64,000 bases of DNA, from assembly GCF_964204645.1 (NCBI RefSeq), contig NC_134034.1:9002962-9066961 (forward strand), in the 5' to 3' direction. This DNA is from Tubulanus polymorphus. Taxonomy: Eukaryota > Animalia > Nemertea. The translations under genes were made by a program, and so were the position numbers. The notes beneath the pieces were generated by a model. It had not been told where the DNA came from, searched no databases, and worked only from the letters and a program-made list of their open reading frames with translations. Numbering within the stretch: position 1 is the first letter of the stretch; each line of letters opens with the position of its first letter. Of this stretch, positions 40,362 to 51,591 are shown one piece after another.

Positions 40362-41056
40362 ACCTATCTTTCTAAAATTTCAGGTTATAGCGTTTAGTGG
40401 TGGGAGGAAAAATTCCTCCCTAAATCAATATACTTTGAATCTAAGACTCGGGTTCATTTTCCTTCAGTTGACAAATGAAAATATTTCGAATATCAGACCA
40501 GGTCCATTTTCCTTCGTTTGACCATGGACGTATAAACTAGATTATACGTCCATGGTTTGACATAGGGAGGAACATTCCTCCCGACGTCGATACTTTGAAT
40601 ATCAGACCTGAAGGTCAAATTCTCTTCGTTTGACCTTGGGAGGAATATTCCTCCCAAAGTCAATTGTTAAAGTATCGGACCCCATGGTCAAGTTTCCATC
40701 GATTGACATTGGGAGGAATATTCCTCCCGCAGTCAATTTTCACAATAGCGGTCCTCTTAATTGGTGACACTCAAAGAACGCGCGGCTCAGATTTCTATTG
40801 TGCGCCTATCGCGCGCTGCGCGTGAATCACTTACGTAATCTTTTCTGTAAATGTGAAGACCTAGGGGGCATTATGTTCTCTAAAGCCCAATATTATCCCA
40901 AATTCCGGACTGTTAATAGGTTGATTTTACAGCAGAGTCGACATGTTTCAACAATTTTTAACTGTTCATTTATGAATATTTGAGGACTTATGAACTAAAA
41001 ATTAGTTAAATTTTTGATACATTTTGAGAAAGTCACAAAACATTTGAGACTGCGTT
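40362..41056. repeat. Transposon-end-like repeat, inverted copy of 31666-32268
   Basis: Reverse-complement match; preceded by C giving CACCTATC at 40361. Confidence 0.85.
40522..40555. mobile_element. 34-bp palindromic micro-insertion with 5-bp TSD
   Basis: CCATGGACGTATAA-actaga-TTATACGTCCATGG flanked by TTTGA; absent from the paralogous site at ~32162. Confidence 0.75.
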
Positions 41057-41519
41057 AAAAACAAATGACATTCGCTAGCCACTCATGAGGTATCTAACCA
41101 TATGTATCATATATCATCGGAAAGCTTATGGCACCATCTACATCGGTATGTTGAGATAATTTCGTTTTCCCAAACCCCTAAGAAATAATTAGCGAATATG
41201 TACCTCGAAAGTCGTTAGTTTTGGCCTAACCGGTTTTCAGCAGCCAACCAGGCGCAGACGACTGACAAATTTCAACTTGTGACTACATATAGATCTTCAA
41301 AACCTGGTTGAGAATACATTAGAACGAAGTGGGCTCGAATCCCGTTATCCGTTTTCTCTACGGAACTGCGCGCGTACAGCTGGTCGTATTCGGTTAGTTT
41401 TCTATGAGAATGAACAAAGCAGGTGCGCGCACTTATTGTGCTGCCATCAATCGGTTTTCAAAAGAGGCTCAGAAAATCAATATTAATTGTTGACAAATTC
41501 TGTATCTACTCTACGAGAC

Positions 41520-43930
41520 GTTGCCGGCCGTGGTCTCCTGGAGGGGGCCCATAATATCTACGGCGATACGCTCCATGGGTGCTCCTACGTTGTAAATCTG
41601 AAGTTCAGCCTGAAATTTCTTTGCCGGGGGTTTCTTCCGAGGACAGAGCTCACATTGCTTCACCCATAACTCAATATCTTCTCTCATCCCGGGCCAGTAA
41701 TACCTCTGTTGTAACTTGGAAAAAGTTTTCTCGATCCGAAAAGTTTTCTCGAACTGATAAGTCGACAAGGCTTCCAGCCAACGGGCAATTTGACCTTCGG
41801 GTTCCTTCAGATTCATCAGCCAACAGAGGGCGCTGTGATCAGTGCGGAGGAGAAAATCTTGTCCGTAGAGATAGTGCTTAAAATGCTTCACGAAGAACAC
41901 GACCGCCAATAATTCACGCCGAGTCACGCAGTAGTTCTGTTCCGCGCGGTTGAGCGTGCGACTTCCAAATGCGATCGGGCGTTCCTAATTTTCTTGCACC
42001 TGACTCAACACGCCTCCGATGGCGAAGGCACTAGCGTCGGAATCCAATATATACGGGTCCGTGACATTCGGGTATGCTAGGATGGGTGCGTTGGTCAACT
42101 TCTCTTTCAGCTCCCGGAAAGCTTGCTCCTGCTAGTCCCCCCAGATAAAATCTTGGTCTTTAGCCGTGAGTCTGTGGAGGCTGCCCGCGATCTTCGCGAA
42201 ACCAGCGACGAATCTCCTGTAATAAGTTGCAAGGCCCAAGAAACTACGAACTTCCTTGACATTTCTGGGCGTTGGCCAATCCCGTATACACTGGATCTTG
42301 GACGGGTCTGTCTGTATGCCCTCGTGACTAACCACGTGCCCGAGAAAAACTACCGACCGCTGGAAAAGCGAGCACTTGCGGGGTTTAAGTTTGAGTCCGG
42401 CTTCTTCCAATTTACTGAAGATGAGGTCCAACCGTTCGACCATCTCTTTAACGGAGCTACTAAACACCAACACGTCGTCGAGGTATATTAAACAAATCTC
42501 CCACTGGAGCCCAGTTAAGACCATTTCCATCAATCTTTCGAAGGTTCCCGGAGCTCCGGATATACCGAAAGGAAGAACAGTGAACTCCCACAATCCACTC
42601 TGCGTAATGAAGGCGGACTTCTGTTTCGCGTCCTCGCTCAACGCAACTTGCCAATAACCGGAATTCAGATCTAGGGTGCTAAACCAGACGGCGCCTCCCA
42701 GACATTCCAGCGAACGATTGATATTCGGGATAGCCATGCTTTCTATGGTCGTTACTTCGTTTAGTCGGCGATAGTCCACGCAGAAACGTGTGCTTCCGTC
42801 TTTCTTGGTCACCAATACAATCGGGGACGACCAGGGGGACCGGGACCTCTCTATCAACCCGCGGCGATGCATGTCTTCGATCAAATTCTCTGTTTCCTTG
42901 CGTTTGGTCAGGGGAGGAAGTCTCGGCGCCTGTCGTATGGGTGGGTGATTCCCGGTGTCCACCTCATGGGTGACCAAATCTGTCCTTCCCAGGTCTTCAT
43001 CGGTTTCCGAAAAAGCTGAAGCATGTTTAATCAGTAGCTCCGCCACCAAGGGAGCGTCTTCCTGGCTGAGATTCTTTACGCTGGCTTGATACAGTTCTTT
43101 CAGGTGTTCTGGAATGTCGTGGTTCGCATTAGGTTCTTCGGATTCCGAGTTCTTTTCTTCCATCTCAACGGTTCGAATCGTGGACACGGTATTGAGTCTT
43201 CCCAGGACTGTAGACTGCGGAAGAAGGATAGGGCTGTATCCCAAATTCATCACTCGAACACAAGTGGAACTCCGCTCTCGAGTGTCGACCAGTGTTCGGG
43301 CCACAGCCAGATCTCCGCCCTCGTATCGTCCTGTACCCTCGATGATACCAAACGATGGAATATCGGAATCCCCAGAGATAGAAGTGGGTATGACCATCTG
43401 GTGTCGAGCTGGTATTTCTACCGCTTCCAGGGTCCTCGCTAATAATTCGGTTTCGGGTTCTAATGAATTCTTCGTGTGGCAGACGATCTCTTCGTTACCG
43501 CAAAATAGCAACGAATTACCCACATCCAGGTACGAGCCGGTTCGTTTCAGAAAGTCCATCCCCAAAATCCCGTCGCCAGCGATATCCGCGATGATGACGT
43601 CAATCCATAACGGTTTTTGACCTAACGGGAAGGTCAAAGTGGTTACCCCACCAACAGTTATTTTGCTGTTACTTGGTCCGAAAAGTTTCAAGTCGGATGG
43701 TTTGAGCCGTAGTCGGTGTGACTTGGGTATAGCTTCGTATGCGGCTCTTCAGAGTATAGTTCGGCAGGCACCAGTATCTACCAAGAGGGCCATCTGAACT
43801 TGTCCTTTCTCGGTAATTATGTAAAGTCCATTATCGGCGATTTTATCGGGGTGGCAATTAGCAATTCGGACGATGTTTGTTGGAGGGGGCTGCTCAATTT
43901 GATCTACTGTCTCCGGCCCACGCCCCCTGG
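41520..43930 (-). pseudogene. pol: Gypsy pol: protease, reverse transcriptase, RNase H, integrase N-terminus
   Basis: LVDTGA, RFCVDYR, LDLNSGYWQ, LPFG, YLDD, DSDAS, RELLAV, RTDH, RYYWP..CELC; stops at 42132 and ~41985, deletion ~41745. Confidence 0.95.
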
Positions 43931-44287
43931 CACCGGAGAGGAAGCATTTCCCGGGCGATTTTGATTGCAGTTGCGCGAAATGTGACCTGGTTGTCCGCAG
44001 CTGTAGCAGGTGATGCGAGACTGGTAATTGGTGGGCGCTGACTGCCTGGGTGGTGAAGTTGTGTCCTCGTCCTCCTCCTCGGCCGCGGTCTCCATCGGCT
44101 CCTCGTCATCAGAAGATCCAAGGTCGGGGGTTACCTGAGGCCCGTCTCCTCCACTCAAAAGGGTCGTAGTCTCATATTCTACCTCTCCGTCAGAGACGAC
44201 GGTTTTGTCCGTATTATTACTATCAGTCATCTTGCTGGCTAGAGGAAGGGGAAAGTCGTTAGGTCGGAAAATGAACGGTATAGTCAT
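43904..44287 (-). pseudogene. gag: Gypsy gag, internally deleted (acidic N-terminus joined to CCHC knuckle)
   Basis: CYSCGQPGHISRNC; GGGAAAT slippery-like site before pol; capsid domain absent. Confidence 0.8.
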
Positions 44288-44502
44288 GAGGGTTGCCTAC
44301 GGGAACGAGCAAGAGAAATTTTAACAGGTTATCAAGAGCAACGAGCAACCTTCAACACGTGTAACATGACACAAAATAAATATGAATCAATGTTCTTTAA
44401 CTAAAAGAGAGTGAGATATCCGAGTCCGAACAGTTGAGGGCTGGCATCCGGGTCTCAACGTCGTTCCCATCCGCGTCAGTTCTTCTTTGTGTTTCTCGAA
44501 GT

Positions 44503-44520
44503 ATCCCACCGCTGCCACCA
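44503..44520 (-). other. Primer binding site complementary to tRNA-Leu 3' end
   Basis: Minus strand TGGTGGCAGCGGTGGGAT, 3 nt after LTR end CA. Confidence 0.88.
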
Positions 44521-44523
44521 CTT

Positions 44524-44716
44524 TGTAACCGAATAGGCCGGGCACAGTAACCGACTGGCTCTCCGGGCCAGATTTTCAACACAAGGGCTGCGCCAGACAA
44601 TATACTGCCGCTCAGTACTGACCCACAGCTTGGCCTCCCTTGCGCAAGGCCGGGCCAAATAACCTCGTCGGGGATCCCCTCTACACGTCGTGCCTCCTAT
44701 TGGTTCCAGGTGGGTC
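44524..44716 (-). repeat. 5' LTR, U5 end (left of Polinton B)
   Basis: Matches 5420-5612 with 4 substitutions. Confidence 0.92.
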
Positions 44717-45094
44717 AGTAATAGGGGTAATGGGCTTTCATACCAAAGGTCGAAAGGTCGAGCCCGAGAAATTTTCCAAAATGTTAAAATAACAACAATT
44801 TCTACTTGAATTAGTCGCGTACACTCCTAATTCAAGTAGAAATTATTATTATTTTAACATTTGGAAAATTTATCAACCTCAACCTTTCGACCTTTGATAT
44901 GAAAGCCCATTACCCCTATTACTCTTAAAATATTCATATATATATGAATAACATTTAAATCATTGAACTTCTAAAATCAATTTTAATAAAAAATATAGTA
45001 TTAAAATGGAAGCAAATAAGTACTACTGCCCAACATGTAATATCGATATAGATAAATCCCAAAAAGCAAGACACAATAAAACTAGAACACATTT
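44717..45094. repeat. Left TIR of Polinton B; contains 207-bp hairpin 44717-44923
   Basis: Reverse complement of 62960-63337; extends ~30 codons into polB. Confidence 0.95.
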
Positions 45095-48000
45095 AGAGAA
45101 TAAATTGAAATTAGAATATGAAGATGATATATTAGAAAATAAATTAGAAGAATTAAAGGATGAAAAAGAAACATACAAATGTGATACATGTAATCAATCA
45201 TTCAGTGATAAAAGATATTATAAAGAACATTTAAAATCTATAAGTCATATTAGAAATAAGAATAATGATATTTTAGGTGAAGATTATTTTGATAATGATA
45301 ACGATAAGAAACAGAAGACAATTAAAAGAATAAAAAATAAATTAAACAATAAAAGACCATATATGGAAGATGTAAGAAATTATATTAATTCATTAGATAA
45401 TAAAAAAGATATAGAGATAACCGAAGCATTTAAAAGTGATATTGGTCCAGCAGCTATCGAGTTTAAATTTCATAAAGGTAAAACATTAGAAGAAAATAAA
45501 AAACATTTAGAAAATATGAAAGAAATAATAAAAATAATTACAAACGTAGAATATCCTAAAATAAGTATATCTTCTAAAGTAAAGTTTATAAAATCTGAAG
45601 ATAAACCAATATATAATATAAATTCTCATTCACAACATATTATATCTAAACAACATATAGATGATAAATTAGATAAATGTTATAATGAAATAAAAACTAA
45701 AATAGAAGAGAAATATTTTGAAGGATCTGGTTTAATATTTGATGAGATAATATTTATAACTTTACATGTTTATAACACAAAATATAATAAGTTAACTAAA
45801 TCAAAACCAATTGATGAAAATAATTTATCATATTATAAAGATGATAGTATAAATGGAACAAGTTATATTAAACTACCATTTAAAACTAATGGTGTAATAA
45901 ATATACAAAATGAAGATGATAAATGTTTTCTATGGGCTATAATAAGTTGTTTACATCCAACAGAAGATATTACACATAGTTTTAGATTAACTCATTATAA
46001 ACCATTTGAAAATAATTATAAGATAGATAAGTATCCTGTTAGAACTAAAAACATCCCAAAAATAGAAAGAGATAATAATCTAAAAATAAATGTATTTGAT
46101 TTAATCAAATTACCAAATACAAAAGGAAATAATATTAAACATTATACATTAGAACCTTTATACCTATCAAAAGATTATGATTCAAATGATGTTATAGATA
46201 TACTATATTATGAGAATCATTACATGTGGATTAAACAAATAGATTTATTTTTCAAATCAGAAAATGATCACCATAAAATATATCTATGTAGAAAATGTTT
46301 ACATAGATTCAGTAATGAAAGTACATTATTAAATCATAAACAACTATGTGATAATCATGATTATTGTAAATTAGTTTTACCAAATGAAAAGGATAAAATA
46401 TTAGAATTCAAAAAATATGATTACAAAAATAAAGTACCATTTGTAATATATGGAGATTTTGAATCATTAAATAAAGAATTAACAGATAAAGATAGAAAAG
46501 ATATATATTATAAAAGAAAGAAATTAAATTCTAATGAAAGTGATTATTCAGAAGACGCACCAAAAACAAATACAATTAAAAAGATTCATCAATCAGCTGC
46601 TGCTTTCGGGTTATATATTAAATCTAATTATCCAGAACTAATCGAAAGTGAATATTATAATTATAGAAATGAAAATGTTATCAATCATTTTTGTGACTTA
46701 TTAATTGAATATGAAATAAGATTTAGTAAATTATTGAATACAAATAAAGAAATAATTATGACAGAAGAAGATAAAGAAGAATTTGAGTTTGCAGATAAAT
46801 GTTATTATTGTGAAAAGATATTTAATTATAAAGATAAAAAAGTAAGAGATCATGATCATTTGAATGGAAAGTTTAGAGGCGCTGCACATGAGAATTGTAA
46901 CTTACAAGCTAAGAAAATTAACTTTGTACCAGTTATATTTCATAATCTATCGGGGTATGACGCGCATTTATTCATCAAACAGTTATGTCATAAAATAGAA
47001 GAAATCAATAATGAAATAGAAATATTAAATTCAAATAGATCAAAAGATAAAATACCAACTTATAAATTTAGAATGTTAGCTAAAACATCTGAGAATTATA
47101 TATCATTCCAATTTGGATGCTTAAGATTTATAGATTCATATAGATTTTTAAGTAGTTCATTAGATAACTTATCAAAATCATTAGTTGATGATGAATTAAA
47201 GATATTAAAAGAATATTACCCAAATTATGATGATTTTAAATTAATGAGATATAAAGGAGCGATTCCATATTCTTTCTATAAAAATCATAATGAATATTTG
47301 GAATATTTGGAATCATTTCAAAATAGAAAATCATGGGCAATTAGTAGATTTATATTTAAAATCAGATGTATTATTATTAACCGATATATTCGAAAGGTTT
47401 AGAGATGTAAACCTAAAATATTTTTAACATTGATCCTTGTCATTGTTATTCATCACCAGGATTAACATGGGATTGTGGATTAAAATTTACAGATATAAAA
47501 ATGGATTTGTTAACAAATATAGATCAATTACTATTATTTGAAAAATCTATAAGAGGAGGTGTTTCAGGTGTATTGGGTGATAGATATTTCAATGTAAATG
47601 ATAATCCTGGATATAAATTATTATACATAGATGCAAATAATCTTTATGGTTGGGCAATGATGGAACCACAACCTTATGGGATGTTTGAAATAACTGAAGT
47701 TTTACAAATTGATAAATTTGATTGGAAGAAAAGAATTCTAGATATTGCAGATGATTCAGATACTGGTTACTTCTTTGTTGTAGATTTAGAATACCCTGAA
47801 CATATTAAATTCAAATCTAGAAATCTAGCATATTGTCCCGAACATAAAACTGTTAAACATGAAGAATTATCAAATTATCAAAAAAGAATTAAACCCGATA
47901 ATCATATTCATACTGAAAAGTTAATGGTAACTCAAGAAGATAAATATAATTATGTAGTACATTATAGAATGTTGAAGTTTTATCAAGGAATGATATTAAA

Positions 48001-48949
48001 AAAAGTACATAGATATATTTCATTCAGTCAATCTAAATGGTTAGAAAAATATATAGATTTTAATACTACACAGAGAACTAAATCTAAAACTGATTTTGAA
48101 AAAGATTTCTTCAAACTAATGAATAATGCATTCTATGGTAAGACTTGTGAAAATATTAGAAATAGAAATGATATTGAGTTAGTTAGTAATGGTAAAAGAA
48201 TTGGACATTTACAATCGTATCCGAAATTCATAGGTAATAGAATATTCGATGAAAATTTAGCAGCAGTTAAATTAAAAAGAACTTCTATGAAGTTCAATAA
48301 ACCTATTTATGTTGGAGCATCGGTTTTAGAAATTTCAAAATTACTAATGTATAAATTTTACTATAACATATTACAACCCAATTTTGGAGAAAAACACATA
48401 GAAATTCTATACTTTGATACCGACAGTTACATATTAAAGATAAAAACTGATAACATAACAGATGATTTAAAAACATTAAAACACCATTTTGATTTTAGTA
48501 ATTATCCTAAAAATCATGAATTGTTTAGCAATGATAATAAAAAAGTTCCTGGGAAGTTTAAGGATGAATTAGGTGGTGAAGAAATGATAGAGTTCATTGG
48601 TATTAGATCTAAAATGTATTCATATAAAACCAAAACTCATGAAGCTAAAAAGTTAAAAGGAATTACCAAAAGCGTTGTTGAAAAGAATATTCATTTTAAA
48701 GATTACATCAATTGTATATTCAAAGAAGAAGTTAGAAAACATAAGATGAAATGTTTAAGATCTGAAGATCATGAAATGTATATTGAAGAGATAGAGAAGA
48801 TAAGTCTAAACCCATTTGATGATAAAAGATATATTTTAGATGATGGAATCCACACAGTCGCCTATGGTTGCAATTTAGATGAATATATAAAATTCAAAAG
48901 AGAAGAAACAAAAGAAAATGAGATTATGAAAAGGATTCTATCGTGTTAA
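45006..48949 (+). pseudogene. polB: Family B DNA polymerase (Zn fingers, OTU-like DxxC/HY region, EndoVII-like insert, Exo, Pol); deletion ~47290 and frameshift ~47425
   Basis: 798-aa and 482-aa ORFs; Exo and Pol motifs present; segment present in copy A (~10335-10425) is missing. Confidence 0.95.
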
Positions 48950-48977
48950 TCAATTTCAATAAAAATTTGTATAATAA

Positions 48978-49319
48978 ATGGAGAGTAAACAAGTACACAG
49001 TGAATTCTTAGATAGAATTAAAGATACTTCAAGCGTCAAATCTGTAGATTATAAATTTAAAAAACTAACTGAGTTAACAATTCACAAGAAATATCTAATT
49101 ACTAACATTGAAACAATTACTAATAAATATGGAGATAAATTAGTAATTCATTTAGAATATGAAGGATTAAAAGGAAATACATATAAATTCAGAACTTATT
49201 TACCAGATAGATTTCATAGATTATCAAGTGAAGATCTAGAAGAATTATGTTCTGGAGATTTCTATTTCGTATACAAAGGTAAGAATGAAAAAGGGCACCA
49301 CGATATTGATTTCGAATGA
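48978..49319 (+). CDS. Conserved small Polinton protein, possibly OB-fold ssDNA-binding
   Basis: Intact; orthologue 12116-12469. Confidence 0.6.
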   Translation: MESKQVHSEFLDRIKDTSSVKSVDYKFKKLTELTIHKKYLITNIETITNKYGDKLVIHLEYEGLKGNTYKFRTYLPDRFHRLSSEDLEELCSGDFYFVYKGKNEKGHHDIDFE

Positions 49320-49334
49320 AACTATGTAAAATAA

Positions 49335-50093
49335 ATGGTAGAATTAAAAGAATACAGAATATTTGTTGATTCTAGAAAACTTACAAATTATAAATCTCAT
49401 AATTTATTAGTACAATTAGATAGAGAATTCAAGAATTGTGTAGATTTAAAATTAGTAAATATAAGTTTATGTAATTCTTTTTATAATATATCAAATAAAA
49501 CTATTGAACATAATACTTTTTTAATTCATATTAGAAATATAAATAAATGGTTTCATCTATTTCTAAGACCAGGATTATATAATTTAGAAACATTATCTCA
49601 AGAAATTAATCGTAGAGCACGGTTGAAAATTAGAAAAGATGATAAATTTTTAATAAGATTTATAAAAAGTGATAGCTCAAATAGAATTAAAATAAAGGTA
49701 TTTGATGAAAGTCAACATGCATTTATGGTAAAAAAACCTATAGCTAAATTGCTAGGAATTGAACCAGATGTTGTTACAGTAAACGTAGAAGGTATTTCAA
49801 ATATAATACCTTTTACACATTTTTATATTTATTGCAATTTAATTGACCCAACAAAAACATTTGAAGCAACTAAAGATACAACATGTAATTCTAGTATATT
49901 AAATATTTTACCATTAAAAAATGTTAAAGAATTTGGAACGCAAATAAATTATAATTTAACAGAATGTGATTTCAAACCATGCATTCCTAGTTTTAATAAT
50001 TTTAGATTAGAAATTAGAAATCATAATGGATACTTAATTGATTTAAATAATTTCCCTGTAATTTATGAATTAGTTATAAGATGTAAAGAGTAA
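49335..50093 (+). CDS. Minor capsid protein (penton)
   Basis: VDSR...NSFYNI...PGLYN...LLG...IYCNLI...EIRN..G..IDLN pattern typical of Polinton/virophage pentons. Confidence 0.8.
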   Translation: MVELKEYRIFVDSRKLTNYKSHNLLVQLDREFKNCVDLKLVNISLCNSFYNISNKTIEHNTFLIHIRNINKWFHLFLRPGLYNLETLSQEINRRARLKIRKDDKFLIRFIKSDSSNRIKIKVFDESQHAFMVKKPIAKLLGIEPDVVTVNVEGISNIIPFTHFYIYCNLIDPTKTFEATKDTTCNSSILNILPLKNVKEFGTQINYNLTECDFKPCIPSFNNFRLEIRNHNGYLIDLNNFPVIYELVIRCKE

Positions 50094-50110
50094 TTTTTTT
50101 CACTATATAA

Positions 50111-50452
50111 ATGAATATAACTGTTGGACCGTGTATATGTTTTGGGTTTGATTTTAAACATGGTAAAGAAATGAGAATTAAACTAAATGATGTAATTACT
50201 GATATAAAAAGTAAATCATTTAACAATGCATCAATGATTGATAAAGAAAAGTATGATATAGAAAAAGTAATTGATTTAATTAAATCACCTTTAGAATATT
50301 ATGAATTAAATGAAGATGGAATTATTGAAGATATTAAAAACATATTATCCAAAATATATGATAATCATAAAACTAGTAATGAAATAAATGTTGAATTAAT
50401 CATAAATAAGTTAACTAAATATTTTGAAGATAGTAATTTTTTTGATAAATAA
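50111..50452 (+). CDS. Hypothetical Polinton protein
   Basis: Intact ORF with TAAATG start; orthologue in copy A. Confidence 0.7.
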   Translation: MNITVGPCICFGFDFKHGKEMRIKLNDVITDIKSKSFNNASMIDKEKYDIEKVIDLIKSPLEYYELNEDGIIEDIKNILSKIYDNHKTSNEINVELIINKLTKYFEDSNFFDK

Positions 50453-50674
50453 ATGAGTGATAATAAGTGGATAATAACTGGATTATATAATGGCGCATTA
50501 CTATCAGTTGGAACGGTTGGTTATTCAATGGTATTAAAAAAAGTATTCAAAATGGGAAGTGTTAATGTTGATAGATTTGATATAAATGATATTTTGAAAT
50601 TAACGTTAGCAGTTACTTTATCTAATTTAACTATTGATTATTTGGAAAAACAAAAATATATTCCTTCCATATAA
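50453..50674 (+). CDS. Small hydrophobic Polinton protein
   Basis: Conserved in both copies. Confidence 0.75.
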   Translation: MSDNKWIITGLYNGALLSVGTVGYSMVLKKVFKMGSVNVDRFDINDILKLTLAVTLSNLTIDYLEKQKYIPSI

Positions 50675-50698
50675 ATGCATAATTTTTTTGTTAAATAA

Positions 50699-51121
50699 AT
50701 GGCTTCTGCAATTATAACTATTATAGGATCAGCAATTGTTAACGCTTTAGCATTTACTGGTGGTGGTTATTTATTTAAACATATTGATAAAAATAGTTCA
50801 TTAGGAGAACAAAGAAGACATAACTTAGCGTTAGAGAAATACAATAAAGCTGCAGAAGAATATAGAGAAAAGAGACAAAACTATATGGATTACATCAATA
50901 AAGAATTATATGATCAGAAGATTTCACACAGAGATTTTCAATCAGTTGATGATGCAATGAGTTTATATAACGCAGTAACAAATAAAGGAAAATTACATCT
51001 ATACAAACCTAAATTATCAGATTATTATACCCCAAGTAAAGAACAACAGAAATATGAAATAATATGGATTTTAGGTGGAACTGTTATTGTTATATTTATT
51101 GCTTATAAGTTTACGAATTAG
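50699..51121 (+). CDS. Polinton membrane protein
   Basis: Conserved in both copies; hydrophobic termini. Confidence 0.8.
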   Translation: MASAIITIIGSAIVNALAFTGGGYLFKHIDKNSSLGEQRRHNLALEKYNKAAEEYREKRQNYMDYINKELYDQKISHRDFQSVDDAMSLYNAVTNKGKLHLYKPKLSDYYTPSKEQQKYEIIWILGGTVIVIFIAYKFTN

Positions 51122-51140
51122 TAATTTTTATTCTAAATAA

Positions 51141-51575
51141 ATGGAAGATAAAGTTGATAGTATTGATATTATTCCTCATGATATAAATAAAACTAAATTA
51201 AAAACATATTTAGAAAAACAAATATTAGAATTTGAAAGTGACTTAAAAGTTAAAAAGAAAAAATATTTAAAAAGTAAAATTATATATTATTTGATTATAA
51301 GTGGTTCGGTTACAATTAGTTCTGTAATAACATTTCTAGCAATATTCAGTCCATTAACACCTTTAGCTATATCAATTGGTGTATTAGGATTAAGTTCAAG
51401 TGTTTTAACTGGTATAAGTTCAAAATTAAATATAAAAAGTAATAAAGAAAAAATAAAATCTAATATAAAAGAAATTAATAAATTAAAGAACACACTAGAT
51501 TATATAATGAGTTTAAATGGTCATATAACAGTTGAAGAACAAGATAAATTATTAAAAGAATTAATAAATTATTAA
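51141..51575 (+). CDS. Two-TM Polinton protein flanked by coiled coils
   Basis: Hydrophobic IIYYLIISG...LTGIS stretch; orthologue in copy A. Confidence 0.75.
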   Translation: MEDKVDSIDIIPHDINKTKLKTYLEKQILEFESDLKVKKKKYLKSKIIYYLIISGSVTISSVITFLAIFSPLTPLAISIGVLGLSSSVLTGISSKLNIKSNKEKIKSNIKEINKLKNTLDYIMSLNGHITVEEQDKLLKELINY

Positions 51576-51591
51576 TTTTTTAATTATATAA

